NCBI GenBank assembly: GCA_963828255.1
Contig: CAWHDZ010000011.1
Location: 1 to 64,000 of the forward strand
Length of the DNA: 64,000 nucleotides
Reading direction: 5' to 3'
From: an uncultured delta proteobacterium
Lineage (GTDB): Bacteria > Myxococcota > Myxococcia > Myxococcales > Anaeromyxobacteraceae
A program made the translations under genes and the position numbers. The notes beneath the pieces are model-generated. The model was given only the letters and a program-made list of their open reading frames with translations. It searched no databases and was not told the origin of the DNA. Positions 40,075-49,957 of this stretch are shown piece by piece (positions within the stretch are counted from its first letter, which is position 1; each line of letters opens with the position of its first letter).

Positions 40075-41895
40075 TTGATTCGCCGGATCGACCGCTACGA
40101 ACTCCTCGAACAGGTGGGAACCGGTGGAATGTCGGTCGTCTACCGTGGTCGCGACACGTCGCTCGACCGCGAGGTCGCGATCAAGGTGCTCCATCCCCAC
40201 CTCGCCACCAGGCCGGAGTCGCGAGCGCGGTTCTCCCGGGAGGCCAGGGCCGTGGCCCGCCTCTCCCACCCGGGCATCGTGGAGATCTACGACTACTCCG
40301 GGGACGAGAACCAGGAGAGCTGGCTCGTCACCGAGTTCGTCCGCGGCAGGACGCTTCGCGCCTTCGCCGACGATGGAGGGATCCCGCTGCCCGAGTGCGG
40401 TGCGCTCGTCGGGCTCGCACTCTCCGACGCGCTCGCGCACGCGCACGCGGCCGGGGTCATCCACCGGGATCTGAAGCCCGAGAACGTGATGGTCGCCGAG
40501 TTCGGAGGGCGACCGGCGGTGAAGCTCGCCGACTTCGGGATCGCCCGCATCCTCTCGCAGGACGACCGGATGACCATGACCGGCGCGATGGTCGGATCGC
40601 CCAACCACATGGCGCCCGAGGTGGTGGACGGGAAGGAGGCCGACGAGCGGTCGGACGTCTTCTCCCTGGGCACCATCCTCTACTGGCTCTGCACCGGGCG
40701 GCTGCCCTTCGAGGCGCCCAATCCCAGCGCCACGCTGCACCGGCTGGTCACCGGCGACTTCCCCGATCCACGTTCGGTGAACAGGGCCCTCGGCGAGCCC
40801 CTGGCCCGGCTCATCGCCTCCTGCCTGGAGCTCGACCCGGCAGCCCGCCCCGCCGGCGCCGCCCAGGTCCGCGATGCGCTGGCCGCCATCCTGCGGGACG
40901 ACGGCATCGACCGACCCGACGAGACCCTGACGGCATTCCTGGCCGATCGCCGGGGAACCGCCGAGGCGCTCCGCCCCCGCATCGTCGCGGCGCGCCTCCG
41001 GCGCGGGGAGGAACACCTGGCGCGCGGCGAGGTGGCGCTCGCCCTCGGCTCCTTCGACGGGGTCCTGGCCATCGAGCCCCGCCATCCCGCCGTGCTCGCG
41101 CGGCTCGCCGAGGTGGCGCGGTCCGACCGGCGAAGGCGCTTGCTGCGCCGGGGCGCGGTGGGCCTGGGAGTGCTCGTCGTGGCGGTGCTGGCCGTGATGG
41201 GGATCGCGCGCATCCCGGAGTCCGTCCCCGTGGCCGCCGGCGGGCCAGCCCCCGCCCTCACGGCGCAGCCGGGTCCCGCCGCCGCGGCGCCAGCGGTCCA
41301 GCCCGAGGCCCGGCCCGTGGCCGAACCCGCGGTCGGCGCCTCCGCGACCGCTCCGGTCGCACTGGCCCCGGCGCGCGTCCCGGTCGACCCTTCCCGGCCG
41401 GCGCCCGCCCGCAAGGGGCCCGCCCCCGTCAGCTTCACGGTGCACGTGCGCCCCTACGCCCAGCGCGCCCTCCTCGACGGCGTCGAGGTGGCCGCCGACG
41501 AGCAACGGGTGGTCTTCTCGCTCACGCCGGGAGGGCACCGGCTCCGCATCGAGCACCCCTGCTGCGAGCCGTACGATCGCGAGATCGACGCCGCCTCGGC
41601 CCAGCGGCTCGGCGAGCTCAAGGTCCCCCTGGTGCCGCGCCCGGCGACCCTGCGCATCGGCGGGGAGCCGACCACCCGCGTCTACCTGGACGGAAGGTTC
41701 CTGGGTTCGGCCGGCGACTCGCAGCGCGAGCCCTTCCGGATCCGGATGCCCTCCGACGGACCGAACCCCTACGAGGGTGAGGTCGGCCTGCGCCTCGAGG
41801 CCCCCGGGGGGCGGGCCACCAGCGCCACGGTGCGCTTGCGCGCCGGACAGGAGATCTCCGTCCCCGCCGTCCTGACACAGGATCCGCCCCGATGA
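40075..41895 (+). CDS. Membrane Ser/Thr protein kinase (Hanks type) with TPR-like linker and extracytoplasmic PEGA-like domains
   Basis: GTGGMSVVY, VAIK, HRDLKPEN, DFG, MAPE, and TM helix GAVGLGVLVVAVLAVMGI. TTG start after GGAGG. Confidence 0.93.
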   Translation: MIRRIDRYELLEQVGTGGMSVVYRGRDTSLDREVAIKVLHPHLATRPESRARFSREARAVARLSHPGIVEIYDYSGDENQESWLVTEFVRGRTLRAFADDGGIPLPECGALVGLALSDALAHAHAAGVIHRDLKPENVMVAEFGGRPAVKLADFGIARILSQDDRMTMTGAMVGSPNHMAPEVVDGKEADERSDVFSLGTILYWLCTGRLPFEAPNPSATLHRLVTGDFPDPRSVNRALGEPLARLIASCLELDPAARPAGAAQVRDALAAILRDDGIDRPDETLTAFLADRRGTAEALRPRIVAARLRRGEEHLARGEVALALGSFDGVLAIEPRHPAVLARLAEVARSDRRRRLLRRGAVGLGVLVVAVLAVMGIARIPESVPVAAGGPAPALTAQPGPAAAAPAVQPEARPVAEPAVGASATAPVALAPARVPVDPSRPAPARKGPAPVSFTVHVRPYAQRALLDGVEVAADEQRVVFSLTPGGHRLRIEHPCCEPYDREIDAASAQRLGELKVPLVPRPATLRIGGEPTTRVYLDGRFLGSAGDSQREPFRIRMPSDGPNPYEGEVGLRLEAPGGRATSATVRLRAGQEISVPAVLTQDPPR

Positions 41896-42734
41896 TCGCC
41901 CTCCTCCTCGTCCTGACGCTCGCCACCCCCGAGGCCGACGTGAAGCGCGCGCGCGACCGCTACGAGTTCGGGGCCTACGCCGACGCCGCCGGGGCGGCCC
42001 GGGAGATCCTGTCGCGCAGCACGGCGCTCCCCGAGCCCGTCGCGCTCGAGGCCTGGCGCATCCTGGGGCTCGCCGAGTACCAGCTCGGTGACCTGCCGGC
42101 CGCCCGCGACGCCTTCATCCACCTGCTCTCGATCGACCCCGATCAGACGCTCGACCCGTTCCTCGTCCCGCCGCCCATCGTGGAGTTCTTCGACAAGGTC
42201 CGGGCCGACGCGGAGCCGGAGCTGGCGCCGCTCCGGGAACGGAAGCGGCTGCTGGAGGAGCAGGGGCGGCTCGCGGAGGAGGCGAGGCGCAGGCTCCTCG
42301 CCGAGGAGGCGATCCGCTCCGGACCGCCATCGAAGGTCATCCTGGTGGAGGAGCACGTCTACATGCTCAACTTCCTGCCCTTCGGCGTCGGGCAGTTCCA
42401 GAACGGGGACACCACGAAGGGCATCGTCATCGCGGTGTCGCAGGTGGTGCTAGGCGCCATCAACCTGGGAGCGATCCTGGCGCACAACGCCATCGCCGAC
42501 GACCCCTCGCGCCGATGCCTGGTGAGCACCCCCACCAACTGCAGCAACCCGCCCATCCCCGACTCCGACCGGGCGCTGCTGCAGAACATCGACATCGTGA
42601 AGTACGTCTCCGCCGGCCTCTTCTGGGGGGTCTACGCCTACGGCGTGGTGGACTCGCTCGCCAACTTCGTCCCCCGCATCGAGACCGAGATCACCCCGGG
42701 GCGCACGGCTGTGAAGCTCTCGTGGGACTTCTAG
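41892..42734 (+). CDS. Exported TPR-containing protein with C-terminal membrane segments
   Basis: Signal peptide, TPR-like AWRILGLAEYQLGDLPAARDAF, NFLPFGVGQFQNG motif. ATGA overlap with the kinase gene. Confidence 0.8.
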   Translation: MIALLLVLTLATPEADVKRARDRYEFGAYADAAGAAREILSRSTALPEPVALEAWRILGLAEYQLGDLPAARDAFIHLLSIDPDQTLDPFLVPPPIVEFFDKVRADAEPELAPLRERKRLLEEQGRLAEEARRRLLAEEAIRSGPPSKVILVEEHVYMLNFLPFGVGQFQNGDTTKGIVIAVSQVVLGAINLGAILAHNAIADDPSRRCLVSTPTNCSNPPIPDSDRALLQNIDIVKYVSAGLFWGVYAYGVVDSLANFVPRIETEITPGRTAVKLSWDF

Positions 42735-42744
42735 GGGGGCGCCC

Positions 42745-44565
42745 GTGGCGGTACTGATCCTGAAGGACGGCGAAGGCGCCCCCCGGTCGGTCCGGCTCAC
42801 CCGCCGGATCAGCACCGTGGGACGGGACCCCGAAAGCGACCTGCACATCGACGACCCGGCGCTGCCTCCGACCGCGTTCCACGTCCTCGCCGATGGCGAC
42901 GCCTTCACCGTCGCAGCCCACGGCGGCTGCGAGCTGACGGTGAACGGGCGGCGCCGCACGACCTGCCGCCTGGCGGCCGGCGACGTCCTGCGCGCGGGGA
43001 GCCACGAGCTGGTCTTCTCCCCGCTCCCCCCGCCGCCCGCCCCGGCCGGACCGGCCGGACCGACGGTCCGGGAGGAGCCGCTCGTCCGCTTCTCCCGCCG
43101 GCTGCTCGAGGCCGGCTCGCTCGAGAGCCTTCTCGACGCCCTCCTCGACGCGCTCCTCGAGGTGACCCGCGCCGACAAGGGCTTCGTGATCGAGCTCTCC
43201 GACGGGAGGCCGGAGGTGCGTGCCTCCCGGAACGTCGCCCCGGTAAGCGTCGAGGACGCGGTCTCCCGCGTCTCCGACTCCATCCTCCAGAGGGTCCTCT
43301 CCACCCGCCGTCCGCTGGTGGTGGCCGACGCCCTCCACGACGCGGAGTGGTCGAGCTCCGCGTCGGTCGTGGACCTGCGGCTCCAGTCGGTGATGTGCGC
43401 GCCCCTCGTGGCCCGCGGGGAGATCTTCGGCGCCATCTACCTGGGCAACGACAGCGTCCGGAACCTCTTCGACGAGCGCTCCCTCGAGACCCTCACCGTC
43501 TTCTCGTCGCAGGCCTCGCTGCTCCTCCAGAACGCCCTCCTCCTCCGGGACCTCCGCCGCGAGAACGAGGCGCTCCGCGAGGCCATCGAGAGCCGGCGCT
43601 ACGGCGAGCTCCTGGGCGCCGGGCCGAGCATGCGCGAGGTCTACCGGCGCATCGAGAAGGTGGCGCCCACCGACGTCACCGTGCTCATCCAGGGGGAGAC
43701 CGGGACCGGGAAGGAGCTGGTGGCCCGGGAGATCCACCGGCGCTCCCCGCGCGGAGTGGGGCCGTTCGTGGCCGTGAACTGCGCGGCCATCCCCGAGGGG
43801 TTGCTGGAGTCCGAGCTCTTCGGCCACGTGAAGGGGGCCTTCACCGGCGCCGTGGCCAGCCGCGCCGGCCGCTTCCAGGCCGCCTCGGGCGGCACGCTCT
43901 TCCTCGACGAGATCGGGGAGATGCCGCCCTCGCTCCAGGTGAAGCTCCTGCGGGCCATCCAGGAGCGGGTCGTGCAGCGGGTCGGCGAGTCCCGCGGTGA
44001 GCCGGTGGACATCCGGGTGCTGGCAGCCACCAACCGGAACCTGGAGGACGAGGTCCGGTCCGGACGCTTCCGCGAGGATCTCTACTACCGCCTCCACGTC
44101 GTCACCATCGACCTGCCTCCTCTCCGGGAGCGCGGAGACGACGTCACGGTCCTGGCCCGCTGGTTCCTGCAGCGCTACGCGGACGAGTTCGATTCGCGAG
44201 CCCGCGGGTTCGCGCCCGGCGCGCTCGCCGCGCTGCGGCGGTACCCCTGGCCCGGCAACATCCGCGAGCTCGAGAACCGCGTGAAGAAGGCGGCCGTGCT
44301 GGCCGACGGCCCGCTGGTGACCGGCGAGGACCTCGACCTGGGCCAGGAGGGTCTCGAATCCACCCTGCCGCTGGCCGACGCGATCGAGGAGTTCCGGAAG
44401 CGCTACATCAGCGAGACGCTGGAGCGAAACGGCGGCAACCGCACCAAGACGGCGAAGGACCTCGACGTGGACCCACGCACCATCTTCCGCCACCTCGAGA
44501 AGCTCGAGTCGGAGCGGCGCGGCGGCCCTTTGCCGCCCGGAACGAAGACCGGAGGGGAACCTTGA
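42745..44565 (+). CDS. Sigma-54 enhancer-binding protein (FHA-like, GAF, AAA+, Fis-type HTH)
   Basis: GETGTGKE, ESELFGHVKGAFTGA, LFLDEIGE, FREDLYYRL, WPGNIRELEN, GGNRTKTA. Confidence 0.95.
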   Translation: MAVLILKDGEGAPRSVRLTRRISTVGRDPESDLHIDDPALPPTAFHVLADGDAFTVAAHGGCELTVNGRRRTTCRLAAGDVLRAGSHELVFSPLPPPPAPAGPAGPTVREEPLVRFSRRLLEAGSLESLLDALLDALLEVTRADKGFVIELSDGRPEVRASRNVAPVSVEDAVSRVSDSILQRVLSTRRPLVVADALHDAEWSSSASVVDLRLQSVMCAPLVARGEIFGAIYLGNDSVRNLFDERSLETLTVFSSQASLLLQNALLLRDLRRENEALREAIESRRYGELLGAGPSMREVYRRIEKVAPTDVTVLIQGETGTGKELVAREIHRRSPRGVGPFVAVNCAAIPEGLLESELFGHVKGAFTGAVASRAGRFQAASGGTLFLDEIGEMPPSLQVKLLRAIQERVVQRVGESRGEPVDIRVLAATNRNLEDEVRSGRFREDLYYRLHVVTIDLPPLRERGDDVTVLARWFLQRYADEFDSRARGFAPGALAALRRYPWPGNIRELENRVKKAAVLADGPLVTGEDLDLGQEGLESTLPLADAIEEFRKRYISETLERNGGNRTKTAKDLDVDPRTIFRHLEKLESERRGGPLPPGTKTGGEP

Positions 44566-45155
44566 ACCGCGCAGCCTCCCGTGTCGGCGCCCTCTTGCTC
44601 GCCACCCTGGCCGGGGGAGCGGTGCTGGGGGGGTGCCCCATCCCGCAGCCCCTCCCCGGCGTCGGTTCCATCGACGGCGGCCTGCCCATCACGCCCCCGC
44701 GCGTCCTGACGACGAGCGCGGAGCCGGGGCTCGCCATGACCGACTACCGGACGGCGGCGTCGGCGACGCCCTGCCCGCCCGGGTCGATCTTCGAGGTGTC
44801 GGCCACGGTGATCGACGAGAACAGCGAGGAGCCGGTGGAGGTCCGATGGTTCGTGGACTACGACCCGGACAACCAGCTGCAGCGCACCCCGCTCCAGATC
44901 GAGACCTTGCCGCCGCCCGCCGATCCCCAGCAGTTCCGGCGCTTCCCGAGCCCCTTCCCCTTCTCGCCCTGGGACTTCGATCGGCCCACCGAGCGCGTCC
45001 ACGTGGTCGAGTTGACGGTCTCGAACGGCTTCTTGCCCGTCGGCGCGGTCGTCCCGCCCGGGGACCTTCCCAACCGGACCGCCGCACCCGGCTACGAGGT
45101 GCAGATCTTCCGCTGGATCTTCCAGCCGTCGGCCACGGGCGGGTGCGGACCATAG
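44562..45155 (+). CDS. Hypothetical lipoprotein
   Basis: Lipobox VLGG-C, VRWFVDYD motif. TTGA overlap with the activator gene. Confidence 0.75.
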   Translation: MNRAASRVGALLLATLAGGAVLGGCPIPQPLPGVGSIDGGLPITPPRVLTTSAEPGLAMTDYRTAASATPCPPGSIFEVSATVIDENSEEPVEVRWFVDYDPDNQLQRTPLQIETLPPPADPQQFRRFPSPFPFSPWDFDRPTERVHVVELTVSNGFLPVGAVVPPGDLPNRTAAPGYEVQIFRWIFQPSATGGCGP

Positions 45156-45171
45156 GGCCCGCGCCTCCAGG

Positions 45172-45705
45172 CTATCGGGTGGGGTGGGCCGCCTCGCGGG
45201 CGTGGGACATGGCCTCGGCCGCGGCGCGGGCCAGGTCGCCGTTCTCGTCGGCGAAGCGGTTCACCTGGGCGGTATAGGCGCGGTGGAGCGCCAGCATGGC
45301 GTCGCGTGCCGCCGCCATGTCGGCCCGCTCCACGGCCCATTCACCCTTGGTCAAGTCGAGCCGGCAGCGGTCGGAGAGATCCTCCACCCGCTCCTCCCAG
45401 CGCGGCGCCCACTCGCGCCAGGCGGCCAGCGGCATGGGCCCCTCGAAGTTGGTGCCCATGGCCCAGGCGCGCTGGTTCTGCTCCACGTACAGGGCATCCA
45501 GGTCGTCCATGCAGACCCGGAGCGTCGCCCGGGTCGGGATGGCGGTCTTCGACGCCGGAGGGGCACGGCGCTCCCGCCCGCGGAGCGTCTTCACCACGCT
45601 CACCGCAAAGAAGCCGACCGCGATGGCGATGGCCAGGAAGTAGAGGATCCACGCGGCCATGCGATACGGCCGGAGCTTCGGGTCGCGCGTTGCCACGGCG
45701 CGCAA
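45172..45705 (-). CDS. Hypothetical membrane-anchored helical protein
   Basis: Single N-terminal TM helix (AAWILYFLAIAIAVGFFAV) followed by a helical domain. Confidence 0.7.
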   Translation of the reverse strand: MRAVATRDPKLRPYRMAAWILYFLAIAIAVGFFAVSVVKTLRGRERRAPPASKTAIPTRATLRVCMDDLDALYVEQNQRAWAMGTNFEGPMPLAAWREWAPRWEERVEDLSDRCRLDLTKGEWAVERADMAAARDAMLALHRAYTAQVNRFADENGDLARAAAEAMSHAREAAHPTR

Positions 45706-45736
45706 TTTGCCATCAGCGCCCCCGCGGAGTCCAGCG

Positions 45737-45770
45737 TTTCAAACGTGAAATGTTAAGATTCATTAATGAA
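45737..45770. promoter_or_regulatory. Tandem palindromic upstream activator sequences
   Basis: TTCA-AACG-TGAA (45738-45749) and TTCA-TTAA-TGAA (45759-45770), 21 bp apart. Confidence 0.7.
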
Positions 45771-45845
45771 ATTGGAATGTGACCCGACGCGGTCTCCTTT
45801 GGGGGTCCCGCATCGTGATTTCAGGGTGTTGGCCGGTGTCATGTA

Positions 45846-45862
45846 TTGGCCCCTACCTTGCT
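45846..45862 (+). promoter_or_regulatory. Sigma-54 (-24/-12) promoter
   Basis: TTGGCCCCTACCTTGCT with exact GG-N10-GC spacing and TTGC -12 element. Predicted start site about 45873. Confidence 0.8.
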
Positions 45863-45872
45863 AAATAAGCAA

Positions 45873-46019
45873 TTCGAAGCGCTGCGGGCCAGTGTAGGCA
45901 TCTCCCCCCCCGCATCCTGTGCCGGTCATGCGGCGCTTCGGCAACACGGGAGGAGGCTTCCGGTCGGGACAACGCGTCCGACATCCAGCAGCCGGCCGGA
46001 AGCCCGCCCACTCCCCTCC
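45873..46019 (+). ncRNA. Putative sigma-54-dependent small RNA
   Basis: Long hairpin 45875-45940 with a C-rich loop, a second 13-bp stem (45955-45967 with 45992-46004), and no credible ORF before the convergent mutL stop. Confidence 0.6.
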
Positions 46020-46020
46020 G

Positions 46021-47814
46021 TCAGCGCCGTCCTACCCGCCGCTCCAGCTCGGCCAGCGGCAGTTCCACGACCACCGGCCGGCCGTGTGGACACCTGGCCT
46101 TGAAGTCGATGGCGTCGAGCCCGTCGAGCAGGGCGCGGGCCTCCTCCCGGGTGAGGTCCTGGTTGGCGCGTACGGCGGCGTGGCAGGCCATGGTGGCGAG
46201 CAGACCGTCGAGGGCCTCGCCGACCGCGCTTCCCCGCCCCGCCTCCTCGACCTGCTCGGCCAGGTCGGTGAGGAGCGGACCCATGGCCGCCCCGCCGAGG
46301 AGCGCCGGTGCGCTCTTCACCGCGAAGGCGTCCCCGCCGAAGGGCTCGACTTCCAGGCCGACCGTCGCCAGGTCCCCCACGGCCCCCTCGACCATCCGCG
46401 CGGCCGAGGGCGTCAGCGTGACCACCGGAGGAACCAGGAAGGGCTGCACCTCGAGCTGGCGGTGGCGGAGCGCTTCCCGGAGGCGGTGGAAGAGGAGCCG
46501 CTCGTGGCTGGCGTGCTGGTCGATGACCACCAGCGCACCCCCGGGCGCCTCGCAGACCAGGTAGGTCCGGACGTGCTGGCCGACGTAGCGCATCGAGCCG
46601 AAGTAGCCGGCCGGCTGCGCGGGCGTCGGCCCGGGCGAGGAGGCGTGGGCTGCGCCAGGACCGGGACCGGCCGGAGCGGGAAACGGAAGCATGTCCCGCG
46701 ACCGCTCCGCCGTCCGCTCCCGGGCTGCCGCCAGGACGCCGGCGATGTCGTCCACGTCCGGCTCGGCGGCCACCGGGGCTGGAGGGAGGGCGCCATCGCC
46801 CCCGTGGTGGAGCCAGGGCGACGGGCGGAGCGCCTCGCTCACCGCGTGGTGGACGGCGTCGCTGGCGGCCCGCGCGTCCTGGAAGCGCACCTCGAGCTTC
46901 TGGGGGTGGACGTTCACGTCGACCCGGTCGAGCGGAAGCTCGAGGAAGAGGACGCCGGCCGGCTGCCGGCCAGCCGGGAGGGACCCGGCGTAGGCGCGCA
47001 GGACGCCGTAGGCCAGCGCCCGGTCGCGGATGAAGCGGCCGTTCACGAAGAGGTAGAGGCCGCGCGCCGTGGCCGCGGAGTGGTCGGGGGAGGTGACCAC
47101 CCCGTGGACGCGCACGTCTCCCCGGGCGGCGTCCACCCGCACGAGCCTGCGGGCCGCCTCCCGCCCCAGCGCGATGGCCGCCCGCTCCTCGGGAGAGGCG
47201 CCCGCCGCGGTGGCGATGGCCGCGCGCCCACCCGAACGGAGCGTGAACCCGACGTCGGGCCGGGCCAGCGCCACGCGGACCACCGCCTCGCTGGCGTGGC
47301 CGGACTCGGCCGGCGCCGACTTCATGAACTTCCGGCGGGCCGGGGTGTTGAAGAAGAGGTCGCGGACCTCGACCGTGGTGCCGCGCGCCCGCGCCACTTC
47401 CTCGACCGCCTCGACGCGCCCCCCCTCGAGCGCGATGCGCGTACCCACCACCGCGCCAGCGGGCCCTTCCGGACAGGTGTCGATGCGCATCCGGCAGACC
47501 GACGCGATCGCCGGGATGGCCTCGCCCCGGAAGCCCATGGTGGCGATGGAGGCGAGGCCGCCCGCGTCGCGGAGCTTGGAGGTGGCGTGGCGCTCCAGCG
47601 AGAGCAGGGCGTCCTCGCGCTCCATCCCCGACCCGTCGTCGGTGACCCGAACCAGGGTGAGCCCGCCGTCCTCCAGGTCCACCTGGATCGACCGGGCCCC
47701 CGCGTCGAGGGCGTTCTCGAGCAACTCCTTCACCACCGACGCCGGGCGCTCGACCACCTCACCGGCGGCGATCTGGTTCACGAGCCCGGGCGGGAGCACC
47801 TGGATGCGCGTCAC
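46021..47814 (-). CDS. mutL: DNA mismatch repair protein MutL
   Basis: [41 protein letters not shown] endonuclease motifs. Confidence 0.98.
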   Translation of the reverse strand: MTRIQVLPPGLVNQIAAGEVVERPASVVKELLENALDAGARSIQVDLEDGGLTLVRVTDDGSGMEREDALLSLERHATSKLRDAGGLASIATMGFRGEAIPAIASVCRMRIDTCPEGPAGAVVGTRIALEGGRVEAVEEVARARGTTVEVRDLFFNTPARRKFMKSAPAESGHASEAVVRVALARPDVGFTLRSGGRAAIATAAGASPEERAAIALGREAARRLVRVDAARGDVRVHGVVTSPDHSAATARGLYLFVNGRFIRDRALAYGVLRAYAGSLPAGRQPAGVLFLELPLDRVDVNVHPQKLEVRFQDARAASDAVHHAVSEALRPSPWLHHGGDGALPPAPVAAEPDVDDIAGVLAAARERTAERSRDMLPFPAPAGPGPGAAHASSPGPTPAQPAGYFGSMRYVGQHVRTYLVCEAPGGALVVIDQHASHERLLFHRLREALRHRQLEVQPFLVPPVVTLTPSAARMVEGAVGDLATVGLEVEPFGGDAFAVKSAPALLGGAAMGPLLTDLAEQVEEAGRGSAVGEALDGLLATMACHAAVRANQDLTREEARALLDGLDAIDFKARCPHGRPVVVELPLAELERRVGRR

Positions 47815-47879
47815 GCCTCCGTCGTACCACGCCGATCCGACCGTTTGACGGGGGCACCCTTCCCCTGTACGAAACCGGG

Positions 47880-48977
47880 ATGGCATCGAGGAAGCGGAAG
47901 CCCGCCCGCGCGGCCCAGCCCCGGCGTCCGGTCCTCGGAAACGATCCGTTCGAGCGGGGCGCGGCGGAGCGCCCGTCCACGCCCGACCCCGTTCCAGCGC
48001 CTCCTCCTGCCGCGGCCCGTCCCCCCGCGCCGCCCCGGGACGCGCCCCCGGAGCCGCCGCTGGGCGACGGCGAGGCCCGGCTCGCCGAGGTGGCTCGCTC
48101 GACCGGCGCCGCCGCCTATACCGAGGAGCTGCGCGAGCTGCTCGTCCGGCTGCGTCCGGCCCTGCGTGACGCGCTCGCGCCGCTGGCGGCGCTCGCCACC
48201 CTGCTCGGGTCCCCGGCCCGGCTCGACGAGCACGGCATGGACCCCGACCTGCTGGTCCGGGGGCGCGCGGTCCTCGACTTCTTCCTCGGGTCCTGGTGGC
48301 GCGTGGACGTCCACGGCGCCGACCTCTTGCCCGACGAGCCCTTCGTGCTGGTGGCGAACCACGGAGGAACGGTCCACTGGGACGCGGCCGTGCTCCGGAC
48401 CACGCTGGCGCGCCAGGTCACCCCGCGGGAGCTGCGTCCGCTGCTCGACCCGCGCGCACTCCAGGCCCCCCTGGTCGGCCCGTTCCTGGTCCGGATGGGC
48501 GCGGCGCCGCTGAGGGCCGACGTGGCGCTCTCGCTCCTCGACCGCGGCTCGAGCATCTGCCTCTTCCCGGAGGGACCGCGCGAGGAGCCTCGCCCCTGGG
48601 CGGACCGCTACCGGGTGACCCGCTTCGGACGCGGCGGTTTCGCCCGCATCGCCGCACTGGCGCGGGCGCCCATCGTCCCCTGCGCCATCGTGGGGAGCGA
48701 GGAGGCGGCGGCGCCCTTCGACCGCCGGGGGTGGATGGCCGAGTCGCTCCACCTGCCCCTGCTCGCGCTGGCCCCGCCGCTGCCGCTGGCCGGGCTGCTC
48801 TCCTGGCTCCCGCTGCCCTCCCGGTGGTCGATCCGGTTCGGCCAGCCCGTCGCTCCGCCCCCGCCCGAGCGGGCCGAGGACGCGGTGGCGGTCGCAGCCG
48901 CGGGAGAGCGGGTGCGCGCCGAGCTACAGCGCATGCTCGACGCCGACCTCGCGTCCCGCCGCTCCGTCTTCCTTTGA
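47880..48977 (+). CDS. Lysophospholipid acyltransferase family protein
   Basis: [35 protein letters not shown]. Confidence 0.9.
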   Translation: MASRKRKPARAAQPRRPVLGNDPFERGAAERPSTPDPVPAPPPAAARPPAPPRDAPPEPPLGDGEARLAEVARSTGAAAYTEELRELLVRLRPALRDALAPLAALATLLGSPARLDEHGMDPDLLVRGRAVLDFFLGSWWRVDVHGADLLPDEPFVLVANHGGTVHWDAAVLRTTLARQVTPRELRPLLDPRALQAPLVGPFLVRMGAAPLRADVALSLLDRGSSICLFPEGPREEPRPWADRYRVTRFGRGGFARIAALARAPIVPCAIVGSEEAAAPFDRRGWMAESLHLPLLALAPPLPLAGLLSWLPLPSRWSIRFGQPVAPPPPERAEDAVAVAAAGERVRAELQRMLDADLASRRSVFL

Positions 48978-49835
48978 TCCGACCGGCGTGGGGAGCCGGC
49001 CGGCGCGCACGTGGGGCGGAGGGGTGCGCAGGTCCCACACCAGGCCGGTGGCGGAGAGCACCCGGAGCGCCAGGTAGGAGATGTCGAGCTCCCACCAGAA
49101 CCAGCCCTGGTTGGCGGTGCTGGCGTAGAAGTGGTGGTTGTTGTGCCACCCTTCACCGAAGGTGAGGAGCGCGAGGACGGGGTTGTTGCGCGAGTCGTCG
49201 CCGGTGGGGTAGCGGCGCGAACCGAGGACGTGCGCCACCGAGTTGATCGAGAAGGTGACGTGCCAGGCCACCACCACCGGCACGAAGAAGCCCCAGAGCA
49301 GGGCCGGGAGACCGCCCGCGGCGACGAGGGCCAGGGCGAACGCCAGGGGCACCAGCATCCCGAACCGATCGAGGAAGACCAGCTCCGGGTAGCGGGCCAG
49401 GTCCTTCACCCGGTCGGCGCGGGTCCGGTCGTAGCGGGCCGAGAGGATCCAACCGACGTGGCTCCACCAGAAGCCCCGCTGGACCGGGCTGTGCACGTCC
49501 TTCTCCCCGTCGGAGTAGCGGTGGTGGTCCCGGTGGTGCGCGGCCCACCAGAGGACGCCCTTCTGGACCGAGAGCGTTCCGAGCAGGGCGAGGACGAGCT
49601 GGAAGGCACGGCCGGTCTTGAAGGCGCGGTGGGAGAAGTAGCGGTGGAAGCCGGCGGTGATGCCGAACATGCAGACCGAGTAGACCGCCAGTGCGAGTCC
49701 GGCCAGCCGCCAGGTGGGCGGGACGAGGAACGGGGCGGCCAGCGCGACCGCGTGCACGAGGAGGAAGGGGATCGACTTCACCCACTGGGGGCGGTCGAGG
49801 TCCACGTCTGCGGGGACTTCGGGTGCCTGGGTCAC
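48924..49835 (-). CDS. Acyl-CoA (delta-9 type) fatty acid desaturase
   Basis: His boxes HRYFSH, HRDHH and GEGWHNNHH, plus WWSHVGW. Confidence 0.94.
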   Translation of the reverse strand: MTQAPEVPADVDLDRPQWVKSIPFLLVHAVALAAPFLVPPTWRLAGLALAVYSVCMFGITAGFHRYFSHRAFKTGRAFQLVLALLGTLSVQKGVLWWAAHHRDHHRYSDGEKDVHSPVQRGFWWSHVGWILSARYDRTRADRVKDLARYPELVFLDRFGMLVPLAFALALVAAGGLPALLWGFFVPVVVAWHVTFSINSVAHVLGSRRYPTGDDSRNNPVLALLTFGEGWHNNHHFYASTANQGWFWWELDISYLALRVLSATGLVWDLRTPPPHVRAGRLPTPVGSKEDGAAGREVGVEHAL

Positions 49836-49957
49836 CCCCCCTTCCTAGGCCACGCGTGTCACCACACCGTCACGGTGGATGGGAGCCAACGCGCCCCTTC
49901 CCGAGCCAGCGCCTTTGGGCTATCTTCCACGCTCCCCTGGCCCGAGGTTCTCCCGAG

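Noticed and set aside
45846..46103. 85-aa ORF across the candidate sRNA
   Set aside because: Its TTG start lies inside the sigma-54 promoter, upstream of the predicted TSS. It has no RBS, atypical codons, and overlaps mutL.
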